Below are positions 56,450 through 64,000 of a DNA stretch of 64,000 bases, piece by piece. This DNA comes from an uncultured Acidobacteriota bacterium (GTDB lineage: Bacteria > Acidobacteriota > Thermoanaerobaculia > Multivoradales > JAHEKO01). The number at the start of each line of letters is the position of its first letter. The stretch's first letter is position 1. The notes beneath the pieces were generated by a model. The model was not told the origin of the DNA, made no database searches, and saw nothing but the letters and a program-made list of their open reading frames with translations. The stretch lies in the NCBI GenBank assembly GCA_963707075.1, contig CAVPOX010000033.1:17301-81300 (forward strand), read 5' to 3'. A program made the position numbers and the translations under genes.

Positions 56450-57049
56450 ATGAGCAAATATTCGGAGCCCCCAAATCCATCCGCCGTATTTGCAGTCGCG
56501 TTCACAGTACTCACTCTCTTCTCCACAGCTCCAGCATGGCCGCAGGAGGAGACGACTTCGCCAGACGACATTTTCCAGATCGGCGTCAGCGATGTATTGA
56601 CCATCTCGGTGTGGAAGAACCCCGAGTTGAGTGCCCAGGTGCCGGTTCGCCCAGACGGCAAGATCACCCTGCCGCTGGTCGGCGAGGTCCAGGCGGCGGG
56701 CATGACACCGGACCAACTGCGACAGGAACTGAACGGACAGTTTGCCTCCTATGTCACTGCTCCGACGATCTCGGTCGTCGTCAACGAAATCAATTCGATG
56801 AAGATCTTCATCGTGGGTGAGGTTCGCAGTCCAGGCTCCTACGACGTGATTCAGCCAACGCGGTTGATGCAGGCTCTGGCGATGGCCGGAGGCCTTTCCG
56901 AGTACGCTGACAAAAGCGACGTCCTGGTGCTCCGTCAGCAAGGCTCTGCCGAGCGGCGAATCATCGTCAGCGTCAAGGGCATCACCAGTGGCAAAAAGAT
57001 GGCCGACAACATCCTTCTCGAGCCAGGCGACACAATCGTCGTACCCTGA
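56450..57049 (+). CDS. polysaccharide export protein (Wza-like: Poly_export + SLBB)
   Basis: The ATG at 56450 is preceded by AAGAGG. The signal-like N-terminus is followed by YQIGVSDVLTISVWKNPELSAQVPVRPDGKITLPLVGEVQAAGMTPDQL and an SLBB-like GDTIVVP end. Confidence 0.88.
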   Translation: MSKYSEPPNPSAVFAVAFTVLTLFSTAPAWPQEETTSPDDIFQIGVSDVLTISVWKNPELSAQVPVRPDGKITLPLVGEVQAAGMTPDQLRQELNGQFASYVTAPTISVVVNEINSMKIFIVGEVRSPGSYDVIQPTRLMQALAMAGGLSEYADKSDVLVLRQQGSAERRIIVSVKGITSGKKMADNILLEPGDTIVVP

Positions 57050-57064
57050 GCCCCGCACCAGCAC

Positions 57065-58853
57065 CTACTCCAGATACCCCAGAGCCCTGAGCCGTTCCCG
57101 AACATCTTCATCAGGGGACTCGAGGGATTCGCCGCGCAGCTCGTCTACCGAGAACGAATAGGCATCGACCCGCTCGGGCCGCAGCCGACTCTTCGCACGA
57201 TCGGTAAAGGCTTCTTCGACGACCCTGCCGCTCATGTTGCGGGTGATGGGCAGTCCCAGGTAGGTAAGCACCGTCGGCGCAACATCTCGCAGCCCGGTGA
57301 TCTCGAGCGTGCTGCCCGGCTGGATGCTCTCGCCCCAGAAGGCCAGGATTCCATCCAGGGTGTGGTCGCCGCTGACCTGTCGTCTGAAGAGAACCTTCCG
57401 GAGATCGGCCTGTCCCCCGCCGATATCAGCTGGAACACTCACATCCGGGTTTCCCCGAACGCTGACCCTGTAGAAGGGGGGGGTGCCGGCCTCTACTTTG
57501 AAAAGTGGCTCGCCGGCGACAGTGGCCTCCTCGAGGATCTTCACAAACGCTGGAGTACCAGCCGTCGTATCGGGATCGATCTCCCGCATCTGCAGGAGCC
57601 TGCCAACCGAGAACCCGGCCAGTCTTCCCTCCATGCCCAGGACCTCGATCAGATTCTCGGATCGAATGGAATACTTGGTGAAAGAGTCCTGATTTGCCTT
57701 GGTACCGTGATCCGAAAGCACGAGCAGAATCGTCTCGTCGGGAAGCTCTGCCATCAGGCGCCCCAGGAACCGGTCGGCCTGCTTGTAGGCGGCCGGCAGG
57801 ATCCAACCTCTTCCTTGATCCTCCCAGGTTTGCTCCATATCGAACGCTTCCGGTTCGAAGTCGATCCAGAACCGATGGGCCAGGCTGTCGGTGGCATACA
57901 AGACGAGGCTCGAGAAGGCGGGTCTATCGCGCCGCCAACGCGCCAGGAACAGATCGGACGACATCTCCGCATGGATCAAGGTCGAATCGGGGCGATTGCG
58001 CTTCTCCTCGGGTTCCATGGTCGCCAAACGGACTGTCGAAACGAGGGCGCGGGCTAGAGTCGGTAGCCGCACTCCGTGCCAGTAACAACTTCATCGCCAG
58101 GCGCAGCTTGCCCAGGAGCCCCGCGTCTTCGGGTCCCGGTTTGCGGAATCGCTGGAAAAACTCGAGCTCTGCGGGCTGCGTCTCCACACCACGGGTCAGC
58201 CAGCCGGGCACGATAAACCCATCCAGCTGCGCGGGCGGCCACGTCAGTAGCCATTCCCAAACGCCTATGGTCTTGCCACCTTCGAGGCTGACGATCTCCC
58301 AGATCCGTGGCTCCTGAATCGAGTCCTGAGTAGAGAAGAAGTCGGTCGCTCCATGAATCACAGGGTCGACTCCGGTGGCGATTGTCGTCCACACGCGAGG
58401 GGAAAGCGTCGGCTCATCGGACCGGAAGACTCCGGAAGCCCCTTCGCGCTTCAGTCTGTCGAAATTTGGCAACTCCCCACTTTCGATCAACCGATCGATG
58501 ATCGGCCAGCCGGCTCCGTCGAGCCCCAGAATGACAACACCTGGCCCGTCACCCCTGCTGGAAGAACCGAGAAACCCCGTCAACAAGCGCAGCACCAGGA
58601 GGCACCCGATCAAGCCGAGCGGAATCCACATTGCGGTTCTCTTACCCAAGAAACGTCGGGACCACCCCAGATGCAGCAGAATCCAGAAGAACATTGCTGC
58701 CGGGACGGCCAGCACTGCCAGTGCGAGAGCCGACAGTCCCCAATCGGAGGCGGAATCGAGTTGCAAGAAGCCAGGTCGCAGCACCGCCATTCCGACCAGG
58801 ACAAACATGCCCCAGAGTATTCCCAGGACAACTGCCTGAATTGCATTTCTCAT
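57065..58853 (-). pseudogene. membrane-anchored alkaline-phosphatase-superfamily protein (type I phosphodiesterase/nucleotide pyrophosphatase-like), interrupted by one frameshift
   Basis: ORF 57924..58853 contains 4 N-terminal TMs, VVILGLDGAGWPIIDRL and TLSPRVWTTIATG. ORF 57065..58072 contains ...LVLYATDSLAHRFW ... LVLSDHGT. The first ORF turns Arg/Pro-rich after ...KLLLAR. The second frame opens just there (VRLPTLARALV...). The join is near 58073. Confidence 0.7.
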
Positions 58854-58902
58854 TTGGTGCTTTTCCTATAGAGTACGCGGTCCTATCCGTTGACGGACGG
58901 GC

Positions 58903-58919
58903 GATCAGATCGATCGATC
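58903..58919. repeat. cluster of four GATC sites (GATCAGATCGATCGATC) in the wzz-operon upstream region
   Basis: Read directly from the sequence. The GATC sites are at 58903, 58908, 58912 and 58916. Positions 58908-58919 form a perfect 12-bp palindrome, and a TTGACG hexamer lies at 58890-58895. Confidence 0.6.
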
Positions 58920-59058
58920 CGCAACGCGAGACGAGAGAATACCGCGATACCGCATAAAGGGCTCATAGACGTTTATCTATAGTGGTTTAGCTCGATTATC
59001 TGGTGCTTCCAATGTATGCTAGAACTGATTTGGACTTAACAATGAAGGGCCGTGCTCC

Positions 59059-60504
59059 ATGCAGAAGTCGCTGATTCCTCTCAAGTCGACGATGGATCTT
59101 CTCCAGGTTCTCTGGAGACGCAAGTTCTGGGTCCTTGGCCCCACCCTTCTGGGCGCCGCCCTCGCTTACTTCATCGCATCGCGAATCGAGCCCACCTACG
59201 AGGCGAGCACCCTGATCCTGGTCGAAGGTCAAAAGGTCCCGACCGATTACGTCAAGTCGACCGTCACCTCGCAGATCGAAGAGCGCCTGAAGACAATCGA
59301 GCAACAGATCACCAAGCGTTCGAGCCTGGAACGGCTCATCGAGGAAGCCGGCCTCTATCCTGAATCGATCGGGGTGCTATCGACGGAAGAACTGGTCTCG
59401 AAGGCGCGGAAGAACCTGCAAGTTCGAGTGCAGAGGAACCAGATATTCCGGATTTCCTTCTGGGGCTCGGATCCCGAATCGGTCGCTCGCGCAGCCAACA
59501 AACTGGCGGATATGTTCATCGAAGAGAACTTGAAGCTGCGCGAGAACCAGGCTGAAAACACTACCGCGTTTCTGGAATCGGAGCTCCAAGAAACCAAAGC
59601 CCAGCTCGAGGAACAAGAAGCCAAACTGTCGCAGTTTCGCCTTCGCAGTGAGGGCAAGCTTCCCGACCAGCGAGAAAGCAATTTCAGAGCTCTAGAGCAG
59701 CTACAGAACCGCCTGGACGTCAACCAGGCAGCGATCGAGCGGCTCGCCCTTCGCGAGACTCTGCTGATGCAGAACACTCCGCCTGTCGAGTCGGCAGAGC
59801 AACTCGCTCCTCGAACTTCTCGTTTGCAGGAGCTGACACTGGAGCTGCAACAGCTACGTTCGCAGTACACCGATCAGCATCCGGATGTAGTCAGGTTGGA
59901 GACGGAGATCAATCAGCTCCGCGAGTCGATAACCGCAGAGACCACTGAGCCTACCGATGCGCCTTTCGACAATATTCTGGCCGAGGCATCGAGAGAGCTG
60001 GAATTGCAGCAGGTACGAAGAGAGGTAGAGCGGCTGGAATCCGATCAGCAGAGAATCGTCCAGGAGATGGTCACCTACCAGGCCAGGCTCGACCAGACTC
60101 CGCAGGTCGAGCAGCAGCTGATCGGTATCACCCGGGATTATTCGACCCTGCGCAGCTCGTATCAATCCCTTCTCGAAAAGCGGACCGAAGCCCGATTGGC
60201 GGAGAATCTGGAGCGCAAGCAGCAAAGCGAGCAATTTCGCAAACTCGAGGAGGCGATACCTCCAACGCTGCCGACGGCACCAAACCTGCCCATGCTGATC
60301 GGAGGCGGTACGGCCATTGGCCTCATCCTGGGAGTGGTTCTCGCCCTGATCAGAGATCAGACCGACGAGACATTCGATGCCGAAGCCGATCTGAGAGAGG
60401 CTTTCCCCGGGGTGCCTTTCATCATTGCGATACCCCATCTGCGTGCCGAGGCTTCGTCCAGACGAGAATCCGAGCCACCTCGTGAAGCGTCTACCTCCGC
60501 TTGA
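59059..60504 (+). CDS. polysaccharide chain-length determinant (GumC/Wzz-like, PCP family)
   Basis: N-terminal Wzz region (LWRRKFWVLGPTLLGAALAYFIASRIEPTYEASTLILV) and a long coiled-coil. A C-terminal TM (LPMLIGGGTAIGLILGVVLALI) is present. GAAGGG lies 9 nt upstream of the ATG. Confidence 0.88.
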   Translation: MQKSLIPLKSTMDLLQVLWRRKFWVLGPTLLGAALAYFIASRIEPTYEASTLILVEGQKVPTDYVKSTVTSQIEERLKTIEQQITKRSSLERLIEEAGLYPESIGVLSTEELVSKARKNLQVRVQRNQIFRISFWGSDPESVARAANKLADMFIEENLKLRENQAENTTAFLESELQETKAQLEEQEAKLSQFRLRSEGKLPDQRESNFRALEQLQNRLDVNQAAIERLALRETLLMQNTPPVESAEQLAPRTSRLQELTLELQQLRSQYTDQHPDVVRLETEINQLRESITAETTEPTDAPFDNILAEASRELELQQVRREVERLESDQQRIVQEMVTYQARLDQTPQVEQQLIGITRDYSTLRSSYQSLLEKRTEARLAENLERKQQSEQFRKLEEAIPPTLPTAPNLPMLIGGGTAIGLILGVVLALIRDQTDETFDAEADLREAFPGVPFIIAIPHLRAEASSRRESEPPREASTSA

Positions 60505-61265
60505 GCAAGCAGCAGTCAGGAGACAACGAAACCGTGGATAAGCAAAAGACGAGAGTTCCTGGACAACTCAGGTGGGCTTCATTTCAACCAGGAATGCCTG
60601 TGATCCCGTTTCTGCCCCATGCATCGACCGGGGTGAACCAGCTCAAGCTCCTCGGTTTGCAGGTCGAGGACAAGCTGCGCACCGGTGCTCCCGAAGCCTA
60701 TGTCCTGACGGTGACTGGCGCCGACGCGGGCGCGGGCAAGTCTCTCACCGCAATCAATCTGGGGATCCTTCTTGCCAAGAAGGGTGAAAGGCGCGTGCTG
60801 ATCATCGAGGGTGATGTCTGGCGACCGAGCTTCAGAAAACTGCTGCAGGTCGACCCGGCCATGCCCGACCTGGTCGATCTGCTTTCGGAAGGAGCCTCGA
60901 TGACGCCCGAGCAGGCCACGGTCTCGGTCTGGGCCTCGGGGATCGATGTCATAAGTATCCGTGGGGAGACCGTTCAGCCCGACATCCTCACCTCTGAGCG
61001 TTTCGACCAGTTGCTGGCTCATGTCAGAAGCAGTTACGACGTCGTCATTCTGGATTCACCTCCCGCATATCTGTCCGAAGGCAGGATGCTGGTGAAGAAG
61101 GCCGATGGTGCACTGGTCGTCACGCGTGCCGGTCGCACCAAGAGATCCCAGATCGAGCAACTGTTGTCGGAGATTCCACAGGAACGATGTCTCGGGCTCG
61201 TTTTGAACGACGCTCGTTTGGAGAGTCGCTACCAGAAGAAGTACACCGCCTATTACCGGCGATGA
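60501..61265 (+). CDS. BY-kinase-like P-loop ATPase (exopolysaccharide tyrosine autokinase type)
   Basis: Walker A VTGADAGAGKSLTAINL, A'-like VLIIEGDVWRP and Walker B VVILDSPP. A C-terminal Tyr cluster (RYQKKYTAYYRR) is present. The start is uncertain: TTG at 60501 overlapping the stop, GTG at 60535, or a later ATG. Confidence 0.85.
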   Translation: MSKQQSGDNETVDKQKTRVPGQLRWASFQPGMPVIPFLPHASTGVNQLKLLGLQVEDKLRTGAPEAYVLTVTGADAGAGKSLTAINLGILLAKKGERRVLIIEGDVWRPSFRKLLQVDPAMPDLVDLLSEGASMTPEQATVSVWASGIDVISIRGETVQPDILTSERFDQLLAHVRSSYDVVILDSPPAYLSEGRMLVKKADGALVVTRAGRTKRSQIEQLLSEIPQERCLGLVLNDARLESRYQKKYTAYYRR

Positions 61266-61271
61266 GCTGCT

Positions 61272-62669
61272 GTGTTCAAGTTCTTCAATCGGTACTGGCT
61301 CAAGCCAGCGGTTTTCACCATTCTCGGTGAGGTCTCCCTCCTTACCTTCTCGGGCTGGCTGGCGTTCCGAATCCGCTTCTGGCATCGTCCTGAGGCCTAT
61401 CTCCAGGAACCACTGACCTGGGTCAAGATTCTGACCTTCGTGGTCAGCTTTTGCGTCGCCCTCTACTTCAACGACCTCTACGATTTCTCGAATCACTTTA
61501 CCCTCAGGGCCATCGGGGTCAGGGTGGTGCGCGCCGCCACGTTCGCAGCACTCGGTCTCTGGGCAATCTACTATGTCCTTCCGGCACTCTTCATGGGACG
61601 AGGCGTGCTCGGCGTAGCCTTCGCGGTTGCCCTCCCCCTGCTGACTCTGTGGCGATTGATTATCCACAAGTACCTCGCAGCTCGTATCTTCCCGGAGCGC
61701 GTCATCCTGATCGGCTCTGACAGCTTCGCCAAGGAGATCGCCGAGGAGATTCTCAGCCGCAAACACCTGGGTTACCACCTGTTGGGCTTTCTCGATGACG
61801 ACCCTTCGGTCCACGGAGTCAGCATCGTCAATCCCAAGGTTCTCGGGGGCACCGAGCTCGCGCCGGCGCTGGCCATGGGCAATCAGGCTACCAAGATAGT
61901 GGTCGCACCCGGGGATCACCGGGGTCGACTCAATCTCGACGCTCTACTCGAGTGCAAGACACATGGGATTCCCGTCGAGCAGGGCGCCGATTTCCTCGAG
62001 AAGCTCACAGGACGGGTCGTTCTGGATGGGCCGCGAGTGCGTTCGTGGCTCATCTATTCCCAGGGTTTTGTCATTTCTCGCTCCGTCCTCTTCTGGAAGC
62101 GGGCACTGGATTCTGTCGTGGCTCTGGTACTTCTGTTTCTCTCACTGCCTGTCATGGCTGCGGCGGCCCTGTTGATCCGGCTCGAGTCCCGTGGTTCCGT
62201 CCTGTTTCGCCAGGAACGGGTCGGACGCGGCGGCCGGGTTTTCACGCTCTGGAAGTTTCGCTCGATGCACTCTGAAGCAGAAGCTGAAAACGGAGCTCAA
62301 TGGGCCGCAGAGAACGATACCCGGGTGACCACAATTGGCCGGCTCATCCGCAAAACGCGCATCGATGAGCTACCGCAACTCTGGAACGTTCTGCGAGGAG
62401 ACATGAGTCTCGTCGGTCCCCGTCCGGAGCGCCCCGAGTTCGTCAGACAACTCACCGAGCTGTCACAGTTCTATGAGTTGAGGCTGGCTGTCCGACCTGG
62501 ACTGACCGGATGGGCTCAAATCAGAGCCGCCTATGCGGCCAGCATGGAGGAGTCGATCGAGAAGCTGAAGTACGACCTCTACTACATCAAGAACCTCTCG
62601 ATCTTTCTCGATCTATCTATTCTCGCGAGCACGGTGAGGATCGTGACGCTCGGCAAGGGTGCCCGCTGA
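61272..62669 (+). CDS. polyprenyl-phosphate glycosyl-1-phosphate transferase (EpsB/WbaP-type priming sugar transferase)
   Basis: N-terminal TMs, a central Rossmann-like region ([17 protein letters not shown]), and the C-terminal bacterial sugar transferase domain ([22 protein letters not shown] ... [22 protein letters not shown]). Confidence 0.92.
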   Translation: MFKFFNRYWLKPAVFTILGEVSLLTFSGWLAFRIRFWHRPEAYLQEPLTWVKILTFVVSFCVALYFNDLYDFSNHFTLRAIGVRVVRAATFAALGLWAIYYVLPALFMGRGVLGVAFAVALPLLTLWRLIIHKYLAARIFPERVILIGSDSFAKEIAEEILSRKHLGYHLLGFLDDDPSVHGVSIVNPKVLGGTELAPALAMGNQATKIVVAPGDHRGRLNLDALLECKTHGIPVEQGADFLEKLTGRVVLDGPRVRSWLIYSQGFVISRSVLFWKRALDSVVALVLLFLSLPVMAAAALLIRLESRGSVLFRQERVGRGGRVFTLWKFRSMHSEAEAENGAQWAAENDTRVTTIGRLIRKTRIDELPQLWNVLRGDMSLVGPRPERPEFVRQLTELSQFYELRLAVRPGLTGWAQIRAAYAASMEESIEKLKYDLYYIKNLSIFLDLSILASTVRIVTLGKGAR

Positions 62670-62689
62670 GCCTTTCGGTAGACCGGCCC

Positions 62690-63870
62690 GTGAGAATCCT
62701 CTTTCTCAGCCACTGCGTACCCTACCCGCCCGACAAGGGAGACAAGGTACGTGCCTTCCACCAGATCCGTTGGCTGAGTCAGCGACATGAGATCCATCTA
62801 CTGGCCATTGCCAAGACCGATGAGGATATCCGCTACGGCGAAGATCTGAAGGAGTGGTGCACCACCGTCGAGATCTTCCCTCTGGCGAAAGATCAGCGCA
62901 CGCGCGCGCGCTGCTGCCAGCCTGCTGACTCCGGGAAGGCCCATCACCCACGCCTACTTCTGGAGCCCCGAGTTGGCCCGGCGGGTGCTGGCCATCCGCA
63001 ACGAGACCCCACCTGATCTCGTCTTCGCATATACCGCAGCCATGGGGCCCTATGCGGAGCTCTGCGATGGCGAGCTCGGTAAGAGCATCGACCTGGTGGA
63101 TATCGATTCGGCCAAGTGGGCCCACTACGCGCAAGAGCGATCCGCCCCTCTCAAATGGATTTTCCGGACTGAAGCCGAGAGACTGCGGCGGTATGAACGG
63201 TCGATTTCGGAGATCTTCGACACGATCCTCGTCACGACCGAGCGCGAACGCAACACGCTAGCGGAGTTGGCACCGACAGCAGAACCCATCGTCATCCGCA
63301 ATGGCGTCGACACGAGCTTCTTTGCTGACAACGGGCAACCCAAGAGCCCGACTCCCAAGGTCGTCTTCACGGGGCAGATGGACTATTTTCCGAACGAAGA
63401 CGCTGCCTTGCACTTCTCGGAGATCTTTTCAGCCTTGCGCAAGCGGAACCCCGAGCTCTCGTTCGACGTCGTCGGACGCTCGCCCAGTGATCGCCTGCAA
63501 AAGCTCGGCGAAGTAGCCGGTATCACCGTCACCGGTGAGGTCCCCGATATCAGGCCTTATCTGGAATCGGCCTGGATCTTCGTCGCACCGCTGCGTATCG
63601 CTCGCGGCGTGCAAAACAAAGTGCTAGAGGCCGCTGCGTTCGGCCTGCCCATCGTCTGTTCTTCAGAGGTATTCAAGGGCCTGATCGATGGAGGGTTTCG
63701 CGACGGCGAGCACCTCGTGGTCGCCGATTCAGAAGAGCGACTATGTCGACGCGATCAGTCGCCTGGTCGCCGACCCCGATCTGCGGGCCTCGCTCGGCGC
63801 GAGCGCACTGCAGCTTCTCTCGACGAACTACTCGTGGGATGAGAATATGAGGCAGCTCGAGCTCGGAATG
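62690..63870 (+). pseudogene. stp1-like glycosyltransferase (PEP-CTERM/EpsH1-system-associated type), at least two frameshifts, 3' end unresolved
   Basis: The GTG at 62690 gives VRILFLSHCVPYPPDKGDKVRAFHQIRWLSQRHEIHLL (frame 2). This frame degenerates after ...AKDQRTRA inside the (CG)5 run at 62901-62910. Frame 3 continues AAASLLTPGRPITHAYFWSPELARRVL... up to ...VVADSEE (63737). Frame 1 continues DYVDAISRLVADPDLRASLGASALQLLSTNYSWDENMRQLE. Frame 1 has no stop before the window end. Confidence 0.72.
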
Positions 63871-63930
63871 GCGCGGTCCCGAGTCGCCAGCACACGTTGC
63901 TGCGAGACAACCGGAAAGATAGTCAATCCC

Positions 63931-64000
63931 ATGTCCCTACGAGGAAATCTGGTGTTGTCGGCGGTCTACTTCAGCCTGCCCTGGATACCTTTCTTCCCTT
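63931..64000 (+). CDS. possible start of next gene (hydrophobic N-terminus), partial
   Basis: The ATG at 63931 gives MSLRGNLVLSAVYFSLPWIPFFP, which is TM-like, with GGAAAG 12 nt upstream. It lies in the same frame as the unresolved tail of the previous gene, so the boundary is unclear. Confidence 0.25.
   Translation, partial: MSLRGNLVLSAVYFSLPWIPFFP

Noticed and set aside
59001-59016. A sigma-54-like -24/-12 element (TGGTGC-N5-ATGTA) upstream of the wzz-like gene. This was attractive because PEP-CTERM loci are often PrsR/sigma-54 controlled.
   Set aside because: The -24 GG is present, but the critical -12 GC is GT here. A single imperfect match in a 205-bp region is within chance expectation.
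1-64000. Mobile elements, prophage genes, CRISPR repeats, toxin-antitoxin pairs or defence-system genes.
   Set aside because: No transposase, integrase, recombinase or Cas-like translation appears in any frame. No regularly spaced direct repeats or terminal inverted repeats were seen. The only repeats found are the protein-level FN3 units and short palindromes.

Overview
Visibly GC-rich bacterial chromosomal DNA. By eye I found no rRNA, tRNA, CRISPR array, transposase, integrase or phage gene. All function calls rest on motifs read directly from the translations; no BLAST or HMM search was possible.

**Left ~7 kb: c-di-GMP signalling.** A minus-strand operon encodes a histidine kinase with a receiver-like N-terminus, a REC-PAS-GGDEF-EAL regulator and a PilZ protein. 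A translationally coupled yjbQ-pepE pair and a second stand-alone PilZ gene follow.

**~7.1 kb to the right edge: one very large exopolysaccharide (EPS) locus.** It spans more than 55 kb in at least 8 transcription units. Its right end has the core typical of PEP-CTERM/exosortase-type EPS loci:
- a FemAB-like protein, an outer-membrane barrel candidate and a Wza-like exporter
- a GumC/Wzz-like chain-length determinant and a BY-kinase-like ATPase
- an EpsB-type priming sugar transferase and an stp1-like glycosyltransferase

The rest of the locus encodes about 10 more glycosyltransferases (GT2, GT4, TuaH-like) and two Wzx-type flippases. It also has two AsnB-type amidotransferases and a dense set of decoration genes:
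- 2 sulfotransferases and 3 methyltransferases
- 2 hexapeptide acetyltransferases and 1 NodU-type carbamoyltransferase
- deacetylases and an SGNH esterase

Three tandem GT-C-like polytopic membrane proteins and five large secreted or anchored glycan-active-looking proteins complete it. No exosortase, PEP-CTERM substrate or recognisable Wzy lies inside the window.

**Major caveat and finding.** At least eight single-site reading-frame breaks interrupt six otherwise coherent genes. Either the sequence carries indel errors or the locus is decaying.
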